From: Vibrio alginolyticus NBRC 15630 = ATCC 17749
Lineage (GTDB): Bacteria > Pseudomonadota > Gammaproteobacteria > Enterobacterales > Vibrionaceae
Assembly (NCBI RefSeq): GCF_000354175.2
Contig: NC_022359.1
Location: forward strand, 1,530,001-1,562,000
Direction: 5' to 3'
Length of the DNA: 32,000 nucleotides
In this document: one piece after another, positions 9,206-17,240 of the stretch
Layout: every line of letters begins with the position of its first letter
How positions within the stretch are numbered: the stretch's first letter is position 1
The notes under the pieces: generated by a model
The model's database searches: none
What the model was told of the DNA's origin: nothing
What the model saw: only the letters and a program-made list of their open reading frames with translations
Program-made: the position numbers and the translations under genes

Positions 9206-9874
9206 TTATGTGGCTTCGAACGCCAATGCTTTCTTCTCTACCTGACGGAAAATGAGAGTTAGCACACCATTTACCGTTAAATAAAATGCGCCTGCAATAC
9301 CAAATACTGTCAACGTATCGTAAGTTTGTGCGTTAATGCGCTGCGCGTAACCCATCAGATCCATGATCGTAATCGTGCTTGCTAGTGACGTACCTTTGAA
9401 GACCAAAATCACTTCGTTCGAGTAAGCCGGAACAGCACGACGAATAGCGTATGGCAACAACACTTTCAGTGTGGCGGTTTTGTTCATGCCTAATGCACGA
9501 CACGCTTGCCATTGACCGGAAGGAATCGCGTTAAACGCCCCTTTGAACAATTGAGTACTGTACGCCGCGGTATTCAACGCTAACGCCAACATCGCACAGA
9601 ACCAAGGTTGGCTTAACCATGTCCAGAATACGCTTTCTCTCACAGCATCAAACTGACCCGGACCGTAGTACACCAAGAAGATCTGTACCAACAAAGGCGT
9701 ACCTGTGAACAAGGTGATGATGCCACGACTTACCCAATGCAAACCCGGAGTACGTAGGATCAGAGTCAGCGTCATCATCAGAGCTAAGAGACAGCCGACA
9801 ACCAAGGAAGCGGCGGTCAATTGAAGGCTAGTGCCTAAGCCATCCAGCATTTGCCAAACGTGTTGTTCGTTCAT
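9206..9874 (-). CDS. artM: arginine ABC transporter permease
   Basis: Polar amino-acid ABC permease (His/Glu/Gln/Arg family) and last gene of a P-I-Q-M ordered operon. Its start overlaps the artQ stop (ATGA). Confidence 0.88.
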   Translation of the reverse strand: MNEQHVWQMLDGLGTSLQLTAASLVVGCLLALMMTLTLILRTPGLHWVSRGIITLFTGTPLLVQIFLVYYGPGQFDAVRESVFWTWLSQPWFCAMLALALNTAAYSTQLFKGAFNAIPSGQWQACRALGMNKTATLKVLLPYAIRRAVPAYSNEVILVFKGTSLASTITIMDLMGYAQRINAQTYDTLTVFGIAGAFYLTVNGVLTLIFRQVEKKALAFEAT

Positions 9875-10560
9875 GCAGTTGCCTCCTGTCCCATGCTCAT
9901 GCCTTGAATTGAGAACTTCTTATCAATCAGTTTGACGGCACGTTGTGTAATCAAAGTAATGCCTAGGTAAATCGCCGCAGCAGTTGCGTACCATGTAAAC
10001 GCTTCATGCGTCGCTGCAGATGTTAGCTGCGCTTGCTTCAACAAATCCGTTACACCAATCAGTGATACAAGCGCGGTATCTTTCAGCAAAACCAACCATT
10101 GGTTCGTTAAGCCTGGTAGTGCGTGTCTTACTGCTTGTGGCAAAACAATGCGAACGAAAGCGTGTGCTTGACTGATGCCGAGTGCACTTGCTGCTTCTCT
10201 CTGCCCTCTTCCAACGGCTTTTAATGCGCCACGTAGAGTTTGAGAAGCATAAGAAGCGAAGATCAATGACAACGCCACCACGCCAGACAAGAACGGGCTA
10301 ACTTCAATAAAGTCGCCGGTGATTAAAAACAGAACCTGCGTCGAACCAAAATAGATAAACAACACGACAAGGATTTCTGGCAAACCACGTACAATCGTCA
10401 CAAACGCCGTCATTGGCCATTTAACGAAAACGCGGCGAGACATTTCACCACTGGCGAATACCACTGCCAGAATCAAACCGACTAAAAGGCTTGTGAAGGC
10501 CAGCTGGACAGTCATCCAACTAGCTTGAACAAGCGATAAAGAGTAACCCGTTAGTGCCAT
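9871..10560 (-). CDS. artQ: arginine ABC transporter permease
   Basis: Polar amino-acid ABC permease with multiple TM segments. It starts 1 nt after the artI stop. Confidence 0.88.
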   Translation of the reverse strand: MALTGYSLSLVQASWMTVQLAFTSLLVGLILAVVFASGEMSRRVFVKWPMTAFVTIVRGLPEILVVLFIYFGSTQVLFLITGDFIEVSPFLSGVVALSLIFASYASQTLRGALKAVGRGQREAASALGISQAHAFVRIVLPQAVRHALPGLTNQWLVLLKDTALVSLIGVTDLLKQAQLTSAATHEAFTWYATAAAIYLGITLITQRAVKLIDKKFSIQGMSMGQEATA

Positions 10561-10561
10561 A

Positions 10562-11293
10562 TTACTTACCGAAGTACTTGTTGTAGATTACGTCGTATTC
10601 GCCGTTCGCTTTCACTGTTTTCAGTGCCGTGTTCAGCTTGTTCACTAGCTCGTCGTTACCTTTGTTTACTGCGATACCGAAACCGTTACCGAAGTATTTA
10701 GGGTTAGTAACGTGCTCACCAACGTACGCTAGGTTATCTTCTTTCTTGAACCATTCTGCTACGACTGCTGTGTCACCGAATACAGAATCAATACGGCCAT
10801 TCTTCATATCGATGAATGCGTCTTGGTAGCTTGAGTAAGGAACCGCTGTTACACCTGGCATTTGCTCAATTAGGTAACTTTGGTGTGTTGAACCGTTTTG
10901 AACACCAACACGCTTACCTTCTAGTGCTTTTTGATCAGCCACTTTTTCTTTGATAGAAACAAACGCTGCTGAGTTGTCGTAGTAAGGGTCAGAAAAGTTC
11001 ACTTGCTCCAAACGCGCATCAGTAATATCCATTGCAGAAATAGCCGCATCGTAACGCTTGAATTTTAATGCAGGGATCAGGCTGTCAAAAGATTGGTTGT
11101 GGAAGGTACATTTTGCTTCCATTTCTTTACATAGTGCGTTCGCCAGATCCACATCAAAACCTTGGATTTGGTTGTTTTCATCCATGTATTCGAACGGTGC
11201 GTAAGTTGCTTCCATCGCGAATTTGATCTCTTCTTGTGCTGCTGCATTTGCTGAGACAAGACCGATTAGTGAAGCTAGTAAAATCTTTTTCAT
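10562..11293 (-). CDS. artI: periplasmic arginine-binding protein
   Basis: Signal peptide [19 protein letters not shown] followed by a family-3 solute-binding protein sequence ([25 protein letters not shown]). GGAG lies upstream of the ATG. Confidence 0.88.
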   Translation of the reverse strand: MKKILLASLIGLVSANAAAQEEIKFAMEATYAPFEYMDENNQIQGFDVDLANALCKEMEAKCTFHNQSFDSLIPALKFKRYDAAISAMDITDARLEQVNFSDPYYDNSAAFVSIKEKVADQKALEGKRVGVQNGSTHQSYLIEQMPGVTAVPYSSYQDAFIDMKNGRIDSVFGDTAVVAEWFKKEDNLAYVGEHVTNPKYFGNGFGIAVNKGNDELVNKLNTALKTVKANGEYDVIYNKYFGK

Positions 11294-11381
11294 TGCAATA
11301 CTCCGTGTGTACTTAGTGGGCTGACACTCGCAATGACAGCCGAGCTTATCTGTTAAATAGACTGAACTTTAAAAACGTAAT

Positions 11382-12110
11382 TTAGTGATTTAGGTAATCG
11401 GCAAACTGAGTGGTTTGCGGATTAACAAATGCGTCGTGCGTGCCGTGTTCTACGATGTGTCCTTGTTCTAGGTATAGAACATGGCTAGCGATTTTCTTGG
11501 CGAAATCCACTTCGTGTGTCACAACTACTTGTGTAATTCCGGTTTCGCTTAAATCATTAATGATTTTGACCACTTGGTTCGTGATTTCAGGGTCAAGCGC
11601 CGCGGTAGGCTCATCAAAAAGCAAGACTTCTGGTTTCATCATCAGCGCGCGGGCAATCGCCACACGTTGTTGCTGACCGCCAGAAAGTTGCATCGGCCAT
11701 GCATCCGCTTTGTCTGCCAAATGCAGCGTCGCGAGAATTTGCATTGCCTGCTTCTTCGCTTCTTCTTTATCCATGCCAGAGACTTTTACCGGAGCCTCAA
11801 TCAGGTTCTCCATCACTGTCATGTGTGGCCATAGGTTGTACTGTTGGAACACCATGCCCACTTTACGACGAAGCGCTAAACCTTGCTTCTCTTTGATTTC
11901 AGTTGAAAAGTCGAATGCGTCATTAGCGATGTTTAACTGGCCGTTATCCGCCCCTTCAAGAAGGTTAAGAACACGTAGTAGAGAGCTCTTCCCTGCCCCA
12001 CTTGGACCGAGTAACACCAACGTTTCACCGCTTTCACAATTAAAACTGACATCGTGTAGAACTTGGGTATCGCCGTAAGACTTATTGATACTTTTAACTT
12101 GAATACTCAT
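11382..12110 (-). CDS. artP: arginine ABC transporter ATP-binding protein
   Basis: Close collinear match to my recollection of E. coli ArtP from MSIQ onward. Walker A (GPSGAGKSS), signature ([15 protein letters not shown]) and Walker B ([11 protein letters not shown]) are present. The ORF track starts at 12125; ATG 12110 is chosen by homology. Confidence 0.92.
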   Translation of the reverse strand: MSIQVKSINKSYGDTQVLHDVSFNCESGETLVLLGPSGAGKSSLLRVLNLLEGADNGQLNIANDAFDFSTEIKEKQGLALRRKVGMVFQQYNLWPHMTVMENLIEAPVKVSGMDKEEAKKQAMQILATLHLADKADAWPMQLSGGQQQRVAIARALMMKPEVLLFDEPTAALDPEITNQVVKIINDLSETGITQVVVTHEVDFAKKIASHVLYLEQGHIVEHGTHDAFVNPQTTQFADYLNH

Positions 12111-12144
12111 GCTGCCATACTGCATTAATTGTCACTTGGCATTT

Positions 12145-12172
12145 ATATTACTCAAAAGGATTTTTTATGCAA
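12145..12172 (-). promoter_or_regulatory. candidate sigma-70 promoter of artPIQM
   Basis: On the minus strand, TTGCAT (12172-12167), a 16-nt spacer, then TAATAT (12150-12145). It lies 35 nt upstream of the artP ATG. Confidence 0.3.
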
Positions 12173-12194
12173 TAAAAATGTATAAAAATTAATT
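12156..12194 (-). promoter_or_regulatory. candidate tandem ARG boxes (ArgR operator)
   Basis: Two 18-bp elements separated by 3 bp. AATGTATAAAAATTAATT (12177-12194) matches 8/10 core positions of wnTGAATwwwwATTCAnw. ATTGCATAAAAAATCCTT (reverse of 12156-12173) matches 7/10. Together they overlap the candidate -35. Confidence 0.4.
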
Positions 12195-12472
12195 TTGTTA
12201 AATTTTTGTATGATGAGCAATCAATACAACAGAGAATATGACTGGTTTAATCAGTTGGTTTTAACTGAAATTGTTGATGAAAATCCAACAATATGATGGC
12301 AATCGAAACAAGGTTAAAATTCTGGTTACTTTTGTGCTTGTGTAGACGGAATTTTGAGTCTTTGAACGTACTACACCCGACGCAGACCTTCTCATTTTTG
12401 CCGGGCTTCTCCCCTCGGTTTCCGGTAAAGCCTTCTATCGGCGGGTTCCTGATTAGGACTTTGTGAATGGAC

Positions 12473-12478
12473 TATAAT
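12473..12478 (+). promoter_or_regulatory. consensus -10 hexamer TATAAT upstream of the 707-aa gene
   Basis: Perfect TATAAT 58 nt upstream of ATG 12536. No good -35 lies at 16-18 nt spacing. Confidence 0.25.
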
Positions 12479-12535
12479 TTCTCTTTGTATTCTGGCCCTT
12501 AATTTGAGTCATCTAAGTATGAGTGAGATAACTCC

Positions 12536-14659
12536 ATGTTGAAGTCGCATTGTTTTTCTCTCATTGCACTTGCTTCTCTGAGCTTACTTTCTATACCCAA
12601 CGTTTGGAGTAGAACAGCAATCGTGTTACCTGGATTGCATGAACAGGGTATTGATCTTCAAGATAAGCCTATCTCTGCTGCGGCTACACGTGAATGGGAA
12701 CTGGATTATGCTGATATCTTATTCGGTGCTTACGAAAGTAAAAGTCATAATGAGCGTGTACAAGCACTTGGTTACATGTACAACCAAAAGCTGGAACTTA
12801 ACTCAGGTTGGCTGGAAAACGATATACGTAACCAAGCAGAACTGAATGGAATTGACTACGAAGATTTCTTTCTCCACTTTTCTGAAGACACTATCCTAGC
12901 TGAAGTCGACTCAAGCCATGGCGAGAATACTCTGCTCAATCGAAAACCGATGATTGTTGGTTATACGGCTAGTGCTGACCACGCCGGTTTTTGGCTATAT
13001 CAACCACCGCCATGGGATGCTGATGTATTCGGTCAGGCGAATAATGGTGGTGCCCTCTATGTTTATCACTCAGAGAAGTTCGACCGCTTAACCCTTACGT
13101 TTTCCCAGTTTGCTCAAGGTGGCAACTTCATAATTGAATACCCTTCTGCTATCGACTCGTTTGGTCAGGTATCGGAGTGGAAGCCCTTTGATATTAAGAA
13201 AGATAGAACACAGGGCATGACCAAAGACCAAACAGTAAACTGGTCTGTTCCTTCGGATTGGGTTCGCGCTACAACGCATGATGGTAGCGGAAAAACTTAT
13301 GGTGGCGGTCAGTACTTTGGCTCCACCTTTTTACGCGACGGCGGCCGCCTTTACTTTGCGAAAATTACTTGGCATGACGACAACATAGAAAACCGCCCAC
13401 GTCTCGAAAACATTCGACTCAAAAATAGCTTCCCTGCCGTCAACATCTCAGGAGCACCAACGGAGACACCTGAAGGTCAAACCATTCAACGCTGGCGTAA
13501 AATTCGTGGCTTCGACAAATCTGCAGATCGAAACCAAGACAATTATCTTTCTTGGAATGAATACAAAAACCGTTCGAATAAGAATGCAACGGCACGATTT
13601 CGTTGGGAGTCACGGGTTATTCCACTTGGTCGTATGTGGAATCAAACCTCTTCTTGGGCATTGACCAATCTCGGCAATCCCGTTTTTACCAATACAATGC
13701 GCCACTATTACCAAGCTGAATGGGCGAAACAAGGTTTAAATGGTGCGTACAACGACGACACGAATAAGTTACTCGGTGCAAATCAGTTCTACATATATTC
13801 CGGAGGCACAGTGGGTGAGCTTGGTTTGGTGGCGGGTAGCCAAGCTGCTGACGATGCGTACAAAGCGCAATTCTCGGCGTTCTTGAATAAACTGGCAACG
13901 CAGGATGAAGATGCGTTAATTGGCCTCAACATAGGTACGGCAAACTTATTCGGTCGTAATGGGCAAAACCACTTGGTTGACGCTGGCTCCTTGTACTTGC
14001 GCGAGCACTACCTTTTCCCTTCTACCGGCTTTAGTGGCTATGCTGGGTTAGCTAAGTTTTGGGATAACTCTGCACTCGCCAAAGCTGGCCAGAAAGTGAT
14101 TTATCAAGCGACAACGCGTTATGGTCGCGTTCAATACTTTGGGAACACAGAAGACAATTGGAAACAGGACCAATACTCTGCACTAGCAGTGTTCTACTTA
14201 AACTATCACCCTGAGCGCAGTTACTTTAATCAGTGGAACAATGGCTACTTATATGGAAGTAATAACACAACAAGTGACAACTTCTGGAAGGCAGGCGTAC
14301 CAAAGAATATTGCTTATCAACCTAGCACCTTGCTTGCCGTTGATTTGGGAGAGCCTGCCAATCAAATACCAGAGGGGTATCAGGCGACTCCGGTAATGAT
14401 GTCCACCAGCACGCCCTATCCTGCCGATTACACGGTGATTGGAGATGCTTCTATGAGCAAAGTGGCTCATCCTGACTTGCCCAATGGCGCTATCGATTTG
14501 TTACCAACCCATACGTACTTTGCGTATCACTCAGACGATACGGTGGTGGTGCATGGTCCTACGGAGATGGTGTTAGCCCGCGAATTCACTAAAGGCCGAG
14601 TGCTGTATCGGACTGATTTTTTGGCAAAAATATCGGTTACTTCTCCTCACCGAGGATAA
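12536..14659 (+). CDS. secreted protein of unknown function, possibly glycoside-hydrolase-like; 3' end apparently frameshifted
   Basis: 707-aa ORF with signal peptide MLKSHCFSLIALASLSLLSIPNVWS. An EF-hand-like loop DRNQDNYLSWNE lies at 13526-13561. I recognise no family with certainty. The reading frame appears to continue in another frame to 14769 (see findings). Confidence 0.8.
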   Translation: MLKSHCFSLIALASLSLLSIPNVWSRTAIVLPGLHEQGIDLQDKPISAAATREWELDYADILFGAYESKSHNERVQALGYMYNQKLELNSGWLENDIRNQAELNGIDYEDFFLHFSEDTILAEVDSSHGENTLLNRKPMIVGYTASADHAGFWLYQPPPWDADVFGQANNGGALYVYHSEKFDRLTLTFSQFAQGGNFIIEYPSAIDSFGQVSEWKPFDIKKDRTQGMTKDQTVNWSVPSDWVRATTHDGSGKTYGGGQYFGSTFLRDGGRLYFAKITWHDDNIENRPRLENIRLKNSFPAVNISGAPTETPEGQTIQRWRKIRGFDKSADRNQDNYLSWNEYKNRSNKNATARFRWESRVIPLGRMWNQTSSWALTNLGNPVFTNTMRHYYQAEWAKQGLNGAYNDDTNKLLGANQFYIYSGGTVGELGLVAGSQAADDAYKAQFSAFLNKLATQDEDALIGLNIGTANLFGRNGQNHLVDAGSLYLREHYLFPSTGFSGYAGLAKFWDNSALAKAGQKVIYQATTRYGRVQYFGNTEDNWKQDQYSALAVFYLNYHPERSYFNQWNNGYLYGSNNTTSDNFWKAGVPKNIAYQPSTLLAVDLGEPANQIPEGYQATPVMMSTSTPYPADYTVIGDASMSKVAHPDLPNGAIDLLPTHTYFAYHSDDTVVVHGPTEMVLAREFTKGRVLYRTDFLAKISVTSPHRG

Positions 14660-14883
14660 CTATCGCACTTCCAGAGCCTATGCGACCTGTAGATCAAGAC
14701 GGTAACATCGGCGACTATGTTTCTCATATTGAGATTGGCGGCTACGAAGGAGTGTTCTTGCTGTATTAACGCCCTTTAAACCCCTCTCACCAAACGCTTC
14801 ATAAATCGCCGTTTTTATGCTCAACGTCACTGAAAAAAACTTGTTCACTGAATCTTTATAAACCGATGTATATACTGAAGTAA

Positions 14884-15906
14884 ATGACAACGACAAGGAA
14901 ATTCAGTCACATGAAGACGACACCTTCAATGCTCTCTGTTATGCTGCTCTCAGCATTATCAACTCATGCAAATGCGGATGAATGTGGAAAAATAACCATC
15001 GCGGATATGAATTGGAATTCGGCCAGCTTAATGGCGCACATCGACCAATTTGTCTTAAATGAAGGCTACCAGTGCGATGCGGAATTGATCCCTGGTGATA
15101 GCGTTCCTACGGGCACCTCTATGATTGAAAAGGGGCAGCCTGACGTTGCGCCAGAGTTATGGACAAACGGCATTAAAGAAGCACTTGATAAAGGAATTGC
15201 GGATAAACGCTTGCGCATCGCTAGTGAATCGCTTGTCAATGGTGGTGAAGAAGGGTTTTGGGTTCCCGCCTATCTGGTAAAACAGTATCCAGAACTCGCG
15301 ACGATAGAAGGCGTCATCAAGCACGCCAAACTATTTGAACACCCAGAAGATGATGACAAGTTCGCGTTTTATAGCTGCCCTGCTGGTTGGACATGCCAAA
15401 TCACCTCCGGTCACTTGTTTAATGCATTAGGGTTAAGTGAGCACGGCTTTGAGATGGTTGACCCAGGCTCTGGCGCTGCACTAGCTGGTACCATCGCCAA
15501 AGCCTATGATCGCAAAATGCCTTGGTTTGGTTACTACTGGTCACCAACACCCGTATTGGGCAAGTATGATATGGTCAAAGTGGATTTTGGTAGCGGAACG
15601 GATCTGGAAGAGTATCGCAACTGTACCACCCAGCCTGATTGTACTTCTCCCAAAGTAACAATGTACCCACCTTCTCCAGTTCGCACAGTAACAACTGAGG
15701 CATTTGCGAACAAAGAACCCCAAGCATTCGCGTACTTGCAGAAACGCGGATTTACCAACGAGCAAATGAGTGAAATGCTGGCCTGGATGGAAGATAACTA
15801 CGCGGACGGTGAAGAAGCGATGTTTTACTTCTTTAATACCTACCCTGACTTGTGGAAAGGCTGGGTATCTGAAGACGTCGCGGTGAGAATCGAAAAAGCG
15901 CTTTGA
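14884..15906 (+). CDS. glycine betaine/quaternary-amine ABC-type substrate-binding protein (OpuAC/ProX family), orphan
   Basis: Signal peptide (..MLSVMLLSALSTHANA) followed by an OpuAC-like sequence rich in Trp/Tyr (DMNWNSA, PELWTNG, FGYYWSPTP). An alternative start is ATG 14911. No permease or ATPase gene is adjacent. Confidence 0.85.
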   Translation: MTTTRKFSHMKTTPSMLSVMLLSALSTHANADECGKITIADMNWNSASLMAHIDQFVLNEGYQCDAELIPGDSVPTGTSMIEKGQPDVAPELWTNGIKEALDKGIADKRLRIASESLVNGGEEGFWVPAYLVKQYPELATIEGVIKHAKLFEHPEDDDKFAFYSCPAGWTCQITSGHLFNALGLSEHGFEMVDPGSGAALAGTIAKAYDRKMPWFGYYWSPTPVLGKYDMVKVDFGSGTDLEEYRNCTTQPDCTSPKVTMYPPSPVRTVTTEAFANKEPQAFAYLQKRGFTNEQMSEMLAWMEDNYADGEEAMFYFFNTYPDLWKGWVSEDVAVRIEKAL

Positions 15907-15939
15907 TGATTAATACTTCGAGTGCCACAAATCATTTAA

Positions 15940-15973
15940 CCTCCCATACCGTTTGAATAAACGGCATGGGAGG
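15940..15973. terminator. long hairpin between convergent binding-protein and SnoaL-like genes
   Basis: CCTCCCATACCGTTT (15940-15954) pairs with AAACGGCATGGGAGG (15959-15973): 15 bp with one mismatch and a GAAT loop. T-tracts are poor on both sides. Confidence 0.55.
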
Positions 15974-15988
15974 CTAATCAACGACTCG

Positions 15989-16366
15989 TTAATACATGGT
16001 GTGACCATTCAATGTTTCTTTGGGTATCTCTTGCAGAGCGTCCCAATGTTCAACGATCTTCCCATTGTGATCAAAACGAAAGAAATCCATCGTCACGTAT
16101 TCAATATCATTAGGCCATGTTTGGTGAGTGTGTAGTGCCACCAAATTCCCTTCAGCAATGGCTCGCACAAACGTAATATCTTTATCGGGATACTCATTTT
16201 GCATCCGCTCAAAATACTCGATAAAAGCCTCGGGGCCATTTCCAACTAATGGATTGTGCTGGATGTACTCATCACCTACGTAGTCTTCAACTGCCTTTCT
16301 TGGGTTACCTCTATAGGCGGTTTCGTAAAACGCAATGGCATTTCTTTTATTCTCTTGCAGATCCAT
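15989..16366 (-). CDS. SnoaL-like / NTF2-fold family protein
   Basis: The ORF track starts at 16495. ATG 16366 gives a 125-aa protein, MDLQENKRNAIAFYETAY...HTHQTW...FFRFDHNGKIVEHWD, typical of the SnoaL/NTF2-like fold. Confidence 0.8.
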   Translation of the reverse strand: MDLQENKRNAIAFYETAYRGNPRKAVEDYVGDEYIQHNPLVGNGPEAFIEYFERMQNEYPDKDITFVRAIAEGNLVALHTHQTWPNDIEYVTMDFFRFDHNGKIVEHWDALQEIPKETLNGHTMY

Positions 16367-16445
16367 TTTTCTTACCTGTGTTGCTCCATCTTGCGGATAA
16401 CGGTAATCATAGTCTTTGAACTTCAGAAGTGACTGAACATCGCGC

Positions 16446-16474
16446 ACAAAAAAGGCCGCTAAACAGCAGCCTTC
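16446..16474 (-). terminator. intrinsic terminator ending the RidA-to-243-aa operon
   Basis: On the minus strand, AAGGCTGCT-GTTT-AGCGGCCTT (one internal mismatch) is followed by TTTTTTGTG. It starts 35 nt downstream of the stop at 16509. Confidence 0.75.
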
Positions 16475-16508
16475 ATCACTTCTACTTGGAATCATCGCCT
16501 TTCATAGC

Positions 16509-17240
16509 TTAAACCACACCACCAGCACCGAGCATAGAACGCTCACTGTTCTCCACCAGCAACGCGGTTGCGGTTTGTTTCAGTGTTTCCCATTCTTGGT
16601 CTTCGACAAAGATACCATTTTGCCAAGAAGCTTGTTGCGTACGGCTTAACTCATCGCCTTCAATGTGGGTGGTATATCCTTGTGCACTTTTCTCGATATC
16701 GAAATCGTTCACGGAGAGCTCGATAACCATACTATGCAAATCCGTATCATGCCCATCAAACTGATCCGAGAAAAAGACTTCTGGCGCGATTCGTCCACGG
16801 TTTAACACATAAAGCGTTCGCTTGGGACTAGAGCCATTGACCCATTGTGCACGGCACGCAATGCCTTTTGCAGAGAGCTTCAACAACTCACTAAAACCTA
16901 GCCAACGGTTATGACACTGTTTCAACGTAACGGTAATCGACTTACGGTTGATCATTTTCTCGAGCGCGAAATCCAACACCGCGGGTAAATGACACGCTAC
17001 ACTCCCGTTGTGCAGTTCTACCTCTATGCTTGACGGCGTACTGTTGGTCACCGATACGGCGCAGTCTGAATCTAACCCAAGAAACAGACTGGCGTTATTA
17101 AAATGACGAACTCCATGTAAGCCAACCATTTGCAAGTCCGCCACCATGTTCGCAATGACATCCGCCTCACCACAGTGACGGCGCATGCCAAGAAATGCCT
17201 TATTAACCGCGGCCACCAATTCGTTGTGAGAGACGATCAT
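16509..17240 (-). CDS. hypothetical protein, 243 aa (no family recognised)
   Basis: Long ORF with an ATG start and GGAGG 9 nt upstream. ATGA overlap with the stop of the upstream 578-aa gene. No signal peptide, TM segment or cofactor motif seen. Confidence 0.85.
   Translation of the reverse strand: MIVSHNELVAAVNKAFLGMRRHCGEADVIANMVADLQMVGLHGVRHFNNASLFLGLDSDCAVSVTNSTPSSIEVELHNGSVACHLPAVLDFALEKMINRKSITVTLKQCHNRWLGFSELLKLSAKGIACRAQWVNGSSPKRTLYVLNRGRIAPEVFFSDQFDGHDTDLHSMVIELSVNDFDIEKSAQGYTTHIEGDELSRTQQASWQNGIFVEDQEWETLKQTATALLVENSERSMLGAGGVV

Noticed and set aside
11294-11381. Hairpin GGCTGACA pairing with TGACAGCC (one mismatch) between artP and artI, considered as an internal terminator or REP element.
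   Set aside because: It is a short imperfect stem without a U-tract. It may modulate the mRNA stability of the binding-protein segment, but the evidence is too thin to list as a feature.
12376-12452. Possible c-di-GMP (GEMM-I) or Mn (yybP-ykoY) riboswitch, suggested by GACGCAGACC on the plus strand and GAGGGGAGAAGCC on the minus strand.
   Set aside because: Only short fragments resemble the conserved cores (ACGCAAAGC and GGGGAGUAG). The flanking helices and the tetraloop/receptor elements are not evident. The match is too weak to call without a covariance model.
14678-14896. 72-aa minus-strand ORF in the gap after the 707-aa gene.
   Set aside because: It overlaps the plus-strand frame that plausibly continues the 707-aa protein (14617-14769) and the promoter region of the binding-protein gene. 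It has no RBS or recognisable features.
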